Shown here one piece after another: positions 15,582-24,627 of a DNA stretch of 64,000 bases. Made by a program: the position numbers and the translations under genes. Origin of the DNA: a virus (taxonomy: Duplodnaviria; Caudoviricetes); the IMG/VR virus record IMGVR_UViG_3300017778_007984, positions 4,594-68,593 of that record. One strand, 5' to 3'. Every line of letters starts with the position of its first letter. The stretch's first letter is position 1. A model generated the notes under the pieces. It worked only from the letters and a program-made list of their open reading frames with translations, was not told the origin of the DNA and searched no databases.

Positions 15582-16857
15582 GAAAATACAAGAACAGATT
15601 GATTATGGGGATTATCCTGAAAGGATGGACCCTAGTTTGGAACGAAAACTTCGTGACCCAGAAAATCCATTTGCTAAAAACCCCGCTTTTCAAGATGGGT
15701 TAGAGGAAATTCAAAGACTTGCAACCAAGCGTTTCAAACAGGTAGTTGATAAGGTAAGGGAAGTGACCGGAAGGCAATCTATTAATTCTCCAATGGTTGC
15801 AAAAATGTTAATTTCTGAAGTGTATCAGAAAATTCCTCAAATAATTTATATTGAGTCTCGTCATAAAGATGCTTTGGAAAATTTATCAATCGAAGCTTCC
15901 ATTGATGAAGCCCAAATTCCTAAAGATTGGTTTGTAATTGAATCCTATTTAAATCGAGAACCTATTGACGTTAGTAACTTTAGACTTGAAGCTAAAGAAC
16001 TTCAAGAAGAAAATGAAGAGGAGGCAAAAGAGTTAATGATTCAAGCTGGTTTTAATATTGATGAACTAACACCTAAAGAAAAATTAGAGTTAGAAAAAGA
16101 CAAACGTAATATTATAAATGCAATTATCCAAGGCACAGCAAAAAAAGGACATTTTCTTTTTCAAAAACCTGAAGTAAAAGCTAAATTAGATGCAATTGAC
16201 CCTAGATTGTATCAAATGTACCTTGAAGTAATGGCACTCAATGATTTTATGTATTTTACCATGGATGACCTTATCGATATGTTGTCCTCAACGGGTCAAG
16301 GAGTCGCCGCAATGGTTGAACTGGATGATATAGATGGTGAAGATAGTGGTGCAGAAGAAGGGCCTGAAGAATCTGCTGATACTGTAATACGTGCTTATGG
16401 ATTAATTTTTCCAATGCTTTGTCACGAAATTATCAAAGGTATTGAAGAGGCTAAAGGTCGATACGGTCTACCTGAAGACCCAGATTTAAGAGATAAGGTT
16501 ATGGGTCAAACCGACACTCTCCCAATGGAAGCGTGGTCTCTTAGATTGGGTCCACAAATTGTTGAAAAAATTCGTTTTGCTTTGCCAGACGAGATGTATG
16601 ATGATGAAAATAAAGGTCTCATCAACTGGTTCCAAATGGAACTTTATAAACTCCCTGCTGAGCAATTCCTAGAAATAATCGGTAACGCAATTTCCGATGA
16701 CTCAGACAAAAATTCTAAAGCAACCGGTCAGTTTAACGAATTGATTGTAATTGCTAAAAAGAATATGGAAGAATATGATAGTTTTGAATCTAGTGAAGAT
16801 TCTGAAGATGACGAACTAGATTTCTTAGCGGGTTTGGGAATTTCCCGTCCTGACTAA
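15568..16857 (+). CDS. Hypothetical protein immediately upstream of terminase
   Basis: Long acidic ORF translationally coupled to its neighbours. Confidence 0.75.
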   Translation: MAKNRKIQEQIDYGDYPERMDPSLERKLRDPENPFAKNPAFQDGLEEIQRLATKRFKQVVDKVREVTGRQSINSPMVAKMLISEVYQKIPQIIYIESRHKDALENLSIEASIDEAQIPKDWFVIESYLNREPIDVSNFRLEAKELQEENEEEAKELMIQAGFNIDELTPKEKLELEKDKRNIINAIIQGTAKKGHFLFQKPEVKAKLDAIDPRLYQMYLEVMALNDFMYFTMDDLIDMLSSTGQGVAAMVELDDIDGEDSGAEEGPEESADTVIRAYGLIFPMLCHEIIKGIEEAKGRYGLPEDPDLRDKVMGQTDTLPMEAWSLRLGPQIVEKIRFALPDEMYDDENKGLINWFQMELYKLPAEQFLEIIGNAISDDSDKNSKATGQFNELIVIAKKNMEEYDSFESSEDSEDDELDFLAGLGISRPD

Positions 16858-16863
16858 GATTTT

Positions 16864-18624
16864 ATGACAAAAGAACAAGTAATAATAGAGTATAAAAAGT
16901 GCATGAAAAGCACTCCTTATGCTTTAAAAACATATTTACAAACATATGACAATACCGTATCTAGGTATGTCCCTCTAGAACTTTTTCAAGACCAAGTTCA
17001 ATTGGTTGAAGATTACGAAGAGTATAATGAAAATATTGCTTTAAAGTATCGTCAGGCTGGAGTTTCTACTGTGACTGCTGCATGGGCCAGTAAAAGGTTG
17101 GCTTTTGCTAGAAAGGAAAAACCAGAAAAAGTTTTGATTATTGCCAACAAGCTTGATACTTCAGTTGAGTTTGCTAATAAAATTAGAAGTTTTACTGAAC
17201 AATGGCCTGCATGGGTAGGGATTGGTTTTTCTCCCGAAAAAAATTCTGCACGACATTTTAAACTATCTAACGGTTGCGAGGTAAAAGCTGTTGCAACTTC
17301 CAAAGACGCACTTAGAGGGTACACACCCACCACCCTTATTTTTGACGAAGCAGCTTTTATTGAGGCCGATAGCGATTTTTGGGCAGCTTGTATGGCATCA
17401 CTTTCTACTGGGGGTAAAGTAATTGTTATTTCAACACCAAACGGTTATGACGCAATTTATTACGAAATTTACGACCAGGCTTTACGTAATATGAACGATT
17501 TCAAAATAACTGAGATGTATTGGTATAGAGACCCTCGTTATACGAAAGATTTATACATGGTTAAAACTAATGATATAGTTCATTATTTTCTCAATAAAGA
17601 AGAATATCCCAAAGATGCAATTATAGATTTATCTGCAGAAAATAGAAAAGAAAGACAATTAATTACTCTACACAAATTTATTGAGGACGGCTACAAACCT
17701 TGTTCATCATGGTTTGAAAGTATGGTAAAAAAGTTAAAGTATGAGCGAAGAAAAGTAGCTCAGGAATTAGAGTGTAATTTCTTGGGCTCTGGTGATAACG
17801 TTTTTGACGCACAAATACTCCAGAAAATTGTTAAAAATGATGTTAAAGAACCTGAAGCAAAATTAGTTGCTGGCCAACTTTGGATTTGGAAAGAACCAGA
17901 AAATGGACACAAATATGTTATGGGTGTTGATGTTTCACGGGGAGACTCCGAGGATTTTTCATGTATAGAAATTATTGATTTTGACAGTAAGGAACAAGTA
18001 TTAGAATTTGTTGGTAAATTACCCCCTGACACATTAGCTGAAATTGCTTATAAATGGGGTATTATGTATAGTGCTTTATGTGTTACTGACCTCACGGGTG
18101 GTATGGGTGTAGCGACCTCTAGAAAACTGCAGGAATTAGGATACGAAAATTTCTACTATGATGGTGTTGATATGAGTAACAAGTGGAAATACGACCCAAA
18201 AATTAAAGAAAAAATTCCTGGAATTAATTTTAACAACAAAAGAGTTCAAATTATTGCGTCTCTTGAGGAGGCTATTCGCCATGATTTTAAAATCAGGTCA
18301 AATCGATTAATTAACGAAATGGGTACCTTTGTGTATATCCATGGAAGACCTGACCACCAGAGGGGTCACCATGATGATTGTATAATGGCAATTTCAATAG
18401 CTCTGTATGTTGCTGAAGCAGCTTTTCCTTCTTTGGTTAAAGTAGTAAATCATACAAAAGCCATGCTTAACTCATGGAGTACGGTAATTAATGAAAATAA
18501 AGAAAAATCAGAATTTTTCAATCCATCGGTCCCTCAATTTTCTCAACCAGGAATGTATAACCAAAAAAATTACTCGGCGTCAAGGGCTGACTATGAAAAA
18601 TATGGTTGGTTATTTGGTAGGTAA
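16864..18624 (+). CDS. terL: Terminase large subunit (T4 gp17-like)
   Basis: ALKYRQAGVST (Walker A), LIFDEAAF (Walker B), VISTPNG (motif III), YVMGVDVSRG and HHDDCIMA nuclease motifs. Confidence 0.95.
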   Translation: MTKEQVIIEYKKCMKSTPYALKTYLQTYDNTVSRYVPLELFQDQVQLVEDYEEYNENIALKYRQAGVSTVTAAWASKRLAFARKEKPEKVLIIANKLDTSVEFANKIRSFTEQWPAWVGIGFSPEKNSARHFKLSNGCEVKAVATSKDALRGYTPTTLIFDEAAFIEADSDFWAACMASLSTGGKVIVISTPNGYDAIYYEIYDQALRNMNDFKITEMYWYRDPRYTKDLYMVKTNDIVHYFLNKEEYPKDAIIDLSAENRKERQLITLHKFIEDGYKPCSSWFESMVKKLKYERRKVAQELECNFLGSGDNVFDAQILQKIVKNDVKEPEAKLVAGQLWIWKEPENGHKYVMGVDVSRGDSEDFSCIEIIDFDSKEQVLEFVGKLPPDTLAEIAYKWGIMYSALCVTDLTGGMGVATSRKLQELGYENFYYDGVDMSNKWKYDPKIKEKIPGINFNNKRVQIIASLEEAIRHDFKIRSNRLINEMGTFVYIHGRPDHQRGHHDDCIMAISIALYVAEAAFPSLVKVVNHTKAMLNSWSTVINENKEKSEFFNPSVPQFSQPGMYNQKNYSASRADYEKYGWLFGR

Positions 18625-18664
18625 AACTATTTATATTAAACTCACATAGTTTAAGTTTAGGACA

Positions 18665-20533
18665 ATGGAAAATAGAAATTTTACGGTTTGGCAAAGATTA
18701 AGTAGGGCTTTGGGTCCTGATGCTTTGATGAATCAAGATTTTCCTGTTTACAAATTGGATAAGAAAGAACTTCTTAGAACAACTGATAAGGCAGAATATG
18801 AAAGAGAAAAACTTCAAGCCAAACAATCATTTTATTTAGCCAATCAATTTGCTAAGGTTGAAAATAACCTTTACACCCAAGCAATCTATTATGAGCCAAA
18901 CAGATTAGCGTCCTACTACGATTACGAATCTATGGAGTACACTCCGGAAATTTCTGCTGCGTTGGACATTTATGCTGAGGAATCTACCACACCTAATGAG
19001 GATGGTTTAATTCTTCAGGTTTATTCAGAGTCAAAAAGGATTAAGTCTGTATTGACTGATTTATTCAATAACTCGCTAGATATTAATACCAACCTTGCAA
19101 TGTGGACAAGAAACACCTGTAAATATGGTGACAATTTTGTTTACATTAGATTGGACCCTGAAAAAGGTGTCATAGGTTGCCAGCAATTACCTAATATAGA
19201 AGTTGAAAGATTTGAACAAGGATTAGCCACAAGAAATGCATCAGTTGGTGTTTCTCAAAATACCGAGGACAAAGGTTTAAAGTTCACCTGGAAAGCACAA
19301 GCCATGGAATTTCAGCCATGGGAGATTGCCCACTTTAGACTTTTAGGCGATGATAGAAAACTTCCTTATGGCACCTCAATGCTTGAGAAATCAAGAAGAA
19401 TTTGGAAACAACTTCTTTTGTCGGAGGATGCGATGTTGATTTATCGTACTTCACGTGCTCCGGAGAGAAGAATATTCAAAGTTTTTGTTGGCAATATGGC
19501 CGACGAAGACGTCGAAGCTTATGTACAACGTGTTGCCAATAAGTTCAAAAGAGAACAAATTGTTGATGCTAAAAGTGGTAATGTTGATATGCGTTTTAAT
19601 CAAATGGCTGTTGACCAAGATTACTTCATTCCGGTACGTGACCCAGCACAACCAAGTCCTATTGACACGCTTCCTGGAGCAACAAACCTATCAGAGATTG
19701 CGGATATTGAATACATCCAGAAAAAACTTGTAACAGCTCTTCGTATTCCAAAAGCATTTCTTGGATTTGAAGAAGTTGTTGGTGATGGTAAAAGCCTTGC
19801 CTTGCAAGATATTCGTTTTGCCCGTACTATCAATAGAATTCAAAAATCCATGATTCAGGAGCTTAACAAGATTGCTATTGTTCACTTGTTTTTGCTTGGA
19901 TTTGAAGAAGAGATTTCTAACTTTACTCTCGGTCTTACTAACCCATCAACTCAAGCTGATTTGCTTAAAGTTGACATTTGGAAAGAAAAAGTATTGCTTT
20001 ATCGTGATTTGGTTTCAGACCCAGGAAATGGTATTCAACCGTCATCATCAACATGGGCTAAAAAACATATTTTCAATTGGTCTGATGACGATATTAGAAC
20101 TGACCTTCTACAGCAAAGAATGGAAAGAGCAATTGGAGAGGAGCTCAAAAACACCCCAGCAACTATTTCCAAAACAGGAATTTTCGACCAGCTCGATGCT
20201 TTATATGGTAACAAGCCAGGTGAAGGTGGTGCACCAACAGCTCCTCCTGGCGAAGTTAGTGAACCAGCAGCAGCTTCATTTGGTGGTGGATTTCAAGATT
20301 TAGGGGGTGCTTTAGGTGGCGAAGACTTCGGTGGAGCATCTGACACTGGTGGAGCGCCAGAAACCCCAGCAGCTGGAGAAGAAGCTGAAATTACTCCAGA
20401 ATCTATTATTGATAAGGATATGAATTTGTTGATTGAAACTAACTTATATGGTAGCAAATATTTAAATTTGGGTATTGCACAACAAAGTTTAGGTAAAATT
20501 GAAGAAGAATTAGACAAGTTGTTAAATTCCTAA
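18665..20533 (+). CDS. Portal protein (T4 gp20-like)
   Basis: YESMEYTPEISAALDIYAEE, LIYRTSRAPERRIFKVFVGNM, EDYF-like DQDYFIP, TLPGATNL...DIEYIQKKL..ALRIP; follows terminase. Confidence 0.93.
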   Translation: MENRNFTVWQRLSRALGPDALMNQDFPVYKLDKKELLRTTDKAEYEREKLQAKQSFYLANQFAKVENNLYTQAIYYEPNRLASYYDYESMEYTPEISAALDIYAEESTTPNEDGLILQVYSESKRIKSVLTDLFNNSLDINTNLAMWTRNTCKYGDNFVYIRLDPEKGVIGCQQLPNIEVERFEQGLATRNASVGVSQNTEDKGLKFTWKAQAMEFQPWEIAHFRLLGDDRKLPYGTSMLEKSRRIWKQLLLSEDAMLIYRTSRAPERRIFKVFVGNMADEDVEAYVQRVANKFKREQIVDAKSGNVDMRFNQMAVDQDYFIPVRDPAQPSPIDTLPGATNLSEIADIEYIQKKLVTALRIPKAFLGFEEVVGDGKSLALQDIRFARTINRIQKSMIQELNKIAIVHLFLLGFEEEISNFTLGLTNPSTQADLLKVDIWKEKVLLYRDLVSDPGNGIQPSSSTWAKKHIFNWSDDDIRTDLLQQRMERAIGEELKNTPATISKTGIFDQLDALYGNKPGEGGAPTAPPGEVSEPAAASFGGGFQDLGGALGGEDFGGASDTGGAPETPAAGEEAEITPESIIDKDMNLLIETNLYGSKYLNLGIAQQSLGKIEEELDKLLNS

Positions 20534-20560
20534 TATTTATTAGTGAATAATTACAACCTC

Positions 20561-21268
20561 ATGACTTTCGGACAAATCAAATCTATCATCGAAAAAAACC
20601 TAGTAGAATCTTTCAAGGACACATCGTCCTTTAAACAAACCCTGAAAGAATTCAAACATAATGTTTTAACCAACAAATCTTTTTCAAAGATTTATTCCAT
20701 TTATGATGACCTTTCATCGCCACAAGGATTAAGTGAGAGTGACGCCAAAGAATTTTTGGATGAGGCGGTTATTGTTATAAGACATCTTTTGGAAAAAACC
20801 TCTTTACCGAAAAACGGAGAAAAGTCCGAAAATCTTTATGAGAATATTGATAATGTTATTTATTTTAACAAGGTAGATATAAAAGAACGTTTAAATTCCA
20901 AAAAGACAATTCTTTCCAAATTAGTGGAAAGTAAGATTCAGGTAAAAGATATCCCAAAAATTCCTATTAAGTCGATGGTTTTGATAGCTAATCAGACTTT
21001 ATCGAGATACGTTGCAGGTTTAGATGAGTCATCAAGAAAAGAAATTTTTCATATATTAGCAAAAAGTGATTCTGACCTAGAAACAGAATTCACAAATTTA
21101 AAAGAATCCGCAGTTAACAAATTAAAAGTTCTTACAAGCAAAGAAAAAGATGTTGATTTGAAAACAAAAATTTTCGAAACTATTGGTAAAATAGAACTAG
21201 AAAAATATGACCAAATTAACTATGTCAGACTCAAGAAACTAGAAGAATCTATTCTTCTCGACTCTTAA
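20561..21268 (+). CDS. Hypothetical protein (head module)
   Basis: Open frame after portal with TATTTAT at 20534-20540; probable start MTFGQIK. Confidence 0.7.
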   Translation: MTFGQIKSIIEKNLVESFKDTSSFKQTLKEFKHNVLTNKSFSKIYSIYDDLSSPQGLSESDAKEFLDEAVIVIRHLLEKTSLPKNGEKSENLYENIDNVIYFNKVDIKERLNSKKTILSKLVESKIQVKDIPKIPIKSMVLIANQTLSRYVAGLDESSRKEIFHILAKSDSDLETEFTNLKESAVNKLKVLTSKEKDVDLKTKIFETIGKIELEKYDQINYVRLKKLEESILLDS

Positions 21269-21434
21269 GCTGTTCAACATATTGAGCTTTGATTTTTTGA
21301 GTTCGTTTTTGCTCCGAATTTTTTACAAATTCTTTTTTAGAATTTAACTTTTGATTTTGTTTGGTTTTAATAACCTTTGACTTTAAACGCTTAAGGGCTT
21401 TTTCTATATTATGATTTACTTCAACAATTAGCAT
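21249..21434 (-). CDS. rpsU: Phage-encoded ribosomal protein bS21
   Basis: 61-aa basic protein MLIVEV..NIEKALKRLKSKV..TK...KKEFVKNSEQKR...KAQY fits the bS21 pattern (IEKALKRFK, EFxKPS); antisense within the head module as reported for bS21 phages. Confidence 0.85.
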   Translation of the reverse strand: MLIVEVNHNIEKALKRLKSKVIKTKQNQKLNSKKEFVKNSEQKRTQKIKAQYVEQLKSREE

Positions 21435-21511
21435 ATAATAGAAATATTTGGATGTTATTGAAAAGTTTCGTATTTTTTATTAAAATAAATCATATTTGAA
21501 TAACAATATTA

Positions 21512-21964
21512 ATGAAAAAAGGTAAGACGGTTAAATTAAACCAATACGAATCCTTGAAAACATCATACGGCACCGTAGATTCTAAAAACTTGAAGTCCAT
21601 GTACATAAACTTACAAACTTGGGTATGTCCAGTAAAAGAGGCCGATAACTGGGAAAGAGTTGTTGGCAATTTATCACGCAATATAAAACACTCTGTATTT
21701 CAGAGTATTAATAAAGAACTTTTTGCTGAAAAATTTATAGTTGATTTGGATTTAAGAACTAGCGGTATAGCAATTAATAAAAAATCATTTATGAACCTCG
21801 AAATTAACTTATTCACTATTCAAGAAATGGATTTTAAAGGCTCACAATTAAAAGATGCTATTAAAAAAATTATTAAAGAAATTTACCGAGATTGTGTTAT
21901 AAGAAACGAATATTTTACATTCGCTCCCACTAAAGAAAAAAATATAATAAAAACTATCAACTAG
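21512..21964 (+). CDS. Hypothetical protein
   Basis: Clean ORF between rpsU and the prohead protease. Confidence 0.75.
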   Translation: MKKGKTVKLNQYESLKTSYGTVDSKNLKSMYINLQTWVCPVKEADNWERVVGNLSRNIKHSVFQSINKELFAEKFIVDLDLRTSGIAINKKSFMNLEINLFTIQEMDFKGSQLKDAIKKIIKEIYRDCVIRNEYFTFAPTKEKNIIKTIN

Positions 21965-21990
21965 TATTATATTTATCTTTAAAAGATATA

Positions 21991-22707
21991 ATGAAAGATT
22001 TACGTATATTAGGTCCCAGAGAAATTGGTAAAGGCATCCTTATTGAAATGGATGCGGGATATATTTCACCTAAAGACCCATTAAATGAGGTTTTACTTTC
22101 TGAGAAAAAAGACATGGATTACCGAAATCCTTTTGAATTTTATGCTGTTCTACAAAAATATGGTGTACCCAATCGCAATGGTCGTGTTTACCCAGAAAAA
22201 ATTTTAAAACGTGAAGCTGATAGATATAAAATAGCCATTCAAAAAGGTTTGTCGACATCTGAGCTTAACCACCCTGAATCATCTTTAATTGACCTAGATA
22301 GAGTAGCGCATATAATCACAGACATATGGTGGGATGGCCATATCTTAATGGGTAAACTTAAACTCCTTACATCTCCTGGGTTCCATGAGAGTGGTATTGT
22401 ATCAACCAAGGGAGATATAGCAGCAAACCTCATGAGACAAGGCGTTACAATGGGTGTTTCATCTCGTGGTGTGGGTTCATTGGCGAAAAGGGGAGAACAA
22501 AATGAAGTTCAAGATGATTTTGAGCTAATTTGTTTCGACCTAGTTTCTTCCCCATCAACCCCTGGAGCATATTTGTTTAGTAACCCCGAAGAAAGAAATA
22601 ACTATGAAGAAAATCTAGAGGAAGAACGTCAACTGAAAAATTCTGAAACAAAAATGGGTAAGTCAGTTGACTTAATGAAAAAATTATCCGATTATTTAAG
22701 TCGTTAA
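21991..22707 (+). CDS. Prohead protease (T4 gp21-like)
   Basis: NRNGRVYP, SELNHP (catalytic His), GVSSRGVGSL (catalytic Ser), FDLVSSPSTPGA. Confidence 0.93.
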   Translation: MKDLRILGPREIGKGILIEMDAGYISPKDPLNEVLLSEKKDMDYRNPFEFYAVLQKYGVPNRNGRVYPEKILKREADRYKIAIQKGLSTSELNHPESSLIDLDRVAHIITDIWWDGHILMGKLKLLTSPGFHESGIVSTKGDIAANLMRQGVTMGVSSRGVGSLAKRGEQNEVQDDFELICFDLVSSPSTPGAYLFSNPEERNNYEENLEEERQLKNSETKMGKSVDLMKKLSDYLSR

Positions 22708-22723
22708 TTTAATACACTTTATT

Positions 22724-22933
22724 ATGGATGAAAAATTCTTTATTGCTAAAATTGTTTATGACTTACCAGATGAGAACTCTGGTCGCCTAAAAAAAATCAG
22801 AGAAGAGAAACTTGTAAATGGTTTCTCAGTCACTGATGTAGAAGCCAAGGTCACAGTAAAATATCAAGGCTTTCAACACGACTGGCGAATTATCTCGGTG
22901 GTGGAAAGTAAAATCGATGAGGTAATCAACTAA
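22724..22933 (+). CDS. Small hypothetical protein (DUF4494-like by eye)
   Basis: KKIREEKLVNGFSVTDVEAKV resembles a small Bacteroidota family; assignment from memory. Confidence 0.55.
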   Translation: MDEKFFIAKIVYDLPDENSGRLKKIREEKLVNGFSVTDVEAKVTVKYQGFQHDWRIISVVESKIDEVIN

Positions 22934-22937
22934 CAAT

Positions 22938-23015
22938 AAAAGGTGGGGAAACCCACCTTTTTTCATTTCCGTTTATACCTTTTTTAATTAAGGGGGGGTA
23001 TAAACGGTTTTTTTT
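22938..23015 (+). terminator. Two tandem terminator hairpins before the scaffold gene
   Basis: AGGTGGG-GAAA-CCCACCT plus T tract; CCGTTTATACC...GGTATAAACGG (11-bp stem) plus T tract. Confidence 0.75.
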
Positions 23016-23049
23016 ATTTTCTTAACTATTTATTAGGAAAACAATTTAC

Positions 23050-24594
23050 ATGCAAGAAACTAAAAATTTAGTTGAAGAGGCACTCATTCAAATGAAAAAT
23101 GTTGAAGAGGTAATTGCCGAAAACGCAAAAGGAATACTTGCTTCTACTATGAAGGAAGAAATCAGTCAGTTAGTAAAGGAATCTCTTTCTGAACAAGAAG
23201 AAGATGAGGTTGAATTTGATACCAAGTTGGATATGTCATTAGACATGGACGATGAAGTTGAGGATATGGAAGACTCTGATGAATTAGGAATGGGTGATAT
23301 GGATATGAACTTCGAAGATTCGGAGGAAACTATCGATATGACTAGCATGTCTGATGAAGAAGTAATCAAAGCTTTTAAAGCAATGGGTCCAGAAGATGGT
23401 ATCGTTGTGGTAAAGAATGATGATGGAATTCATTTGACCGACGAAAATGAAGACGTAGAATACATTGTAAAACTTACAGAATCTGATATGGATGACGAAG
23501 ATGATATGATGGAAGAAGACGACGAAATGATGGAAGGTGAAGACATGATGGAAGAAAATATGGATTTCACAGAACTAGATATGCAAGAAGATGCTGACCT
23601 AGATGCTGTGCTTTCAGCTTTGTACCCAAAAAGTTCATCATCAGAAGATGACGAAATCATGTACGAAATAGAAATGGATGGGGAAGAAGAACTCGACGAA
23701 ATGATGGATGATGAAGATTCAGACATGATGGGTGAGGACTACGACTTAACCGAAGCTAAAATGACTGTAAAACCAAAAGGCGTTGGAATGGGTAACCCTA
23801 AGTTTAAGTACGATAGTACTTTACCTAAGAAAGGGTTTGATGACCACAAAAAGGCTGGGCCTACAACTATGGGAACTGGTAAAGCAAAATTTGAGTTCAA
23901 AGAAGGTGAAATGGAAGACGATTCTAAGAAACACGAATACAGACGTAAGAAAGTAGACGGTGTTGAAAAGAAAGCTGGTGAGGGTAAAGATGGACACTTT
24001 AAAGACTACGAAGGAAAAGTTGGTGGTAACAAAGGTGATAAATCTAAGACCCATCCTGGTAAAAAAGACTATGAAACCAAGGAAGAAACAAAGGAAGCTG
24101 CTAGAACTTATGGTATGGGTTCTAAAGAAGGTAGAGGATTAAGAAAAGGTATCACAAATAACAGAAATTATGTTTATGGTGATAATGGTGTTAAGGTAGA
24201 ATCAATCGATGCTGAGTTAAAAATGCTTAGAGAAAAGAATGAAGAATACAGAAAAGCTTTGAATGTATTCAGAGAAAAACTCAATGAAGTTGCTGTATTC
24301 AATTCTAATCTCGCATACGCAACTAGATTGTTCACTGAACATTCCACTACTAAAAAAGAAAAAATTAACATCCTGAGAAGATTTGATTCGGTAGAATCTC
24401 TAAAAGAATCAAAACAACTCTACAAAACTCTTAGAGAGGAGCTTGCGCACGTTGAAACAAAGAATATTTCGGAAAGCGTAGATAGACAGTTGAATTCAAC
24501 GAAAACTTCTGGCTCTGCTGCAAATCTCATTGAGTCTAAGACATATGAAAATCCGCAATTCATGAGAATTAAAGATTTGATGTCAAAATTGTAA
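23050..24594 (+). CDS. Prohead scaffolding protein (T4 gp22-like)
   Basis: Highly acidic coiled-coil protein between protease and capsid genes; many hydrophobic-x-E sites. Confidence 0.8.
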   Translation: MQETKNLVEEALIQMKNVEEVIAENAKGILASTMKEEISQLVKESLSEQEEDEVEFDTKLDMSLDMDDEVEDMEDSDELGMGDMDMNFEDSEETIDMTSMSDEEVIKAFKAMGPEDGIVVVKNDDGIHLTDENEDVEYIVKLTESDMDDEDDMMEEDDEMMEGEDMMEENMDFTELDMQEDADLDAVLSALYPKSSSSEDDEIMYEIEMDGEEELDEMMDDEDSDMMGEDYDLTEAKMTVKPKGVGMGNPKFKYDSTLPKKGFDDHKKAGPTTMGTGKAKFEFKEGEMEDDSKKHEYRRKKVDGVEKKAGEGKDGHFKDYEGKVGGNKGDKSKTHPGKKDYETKEETKEAARTYGMGSKEGRGLRKGITNNRNYVYGDNGVKVESIDAELKMLREKNEEYRKALNVFREKLNEVAVFNSNLAYATRLFTEHSTTKKEKINILRRFDSVESLKESKQLYKTLREELAHVETKNISESVDRQLNSTKTSGSAANLIESKTYENPQFMRIKDLMSKL

Positions 24595-24627
24595 AAAAAA
24601 ATAAAAATCCTTAAAAAAAACAAAAAA

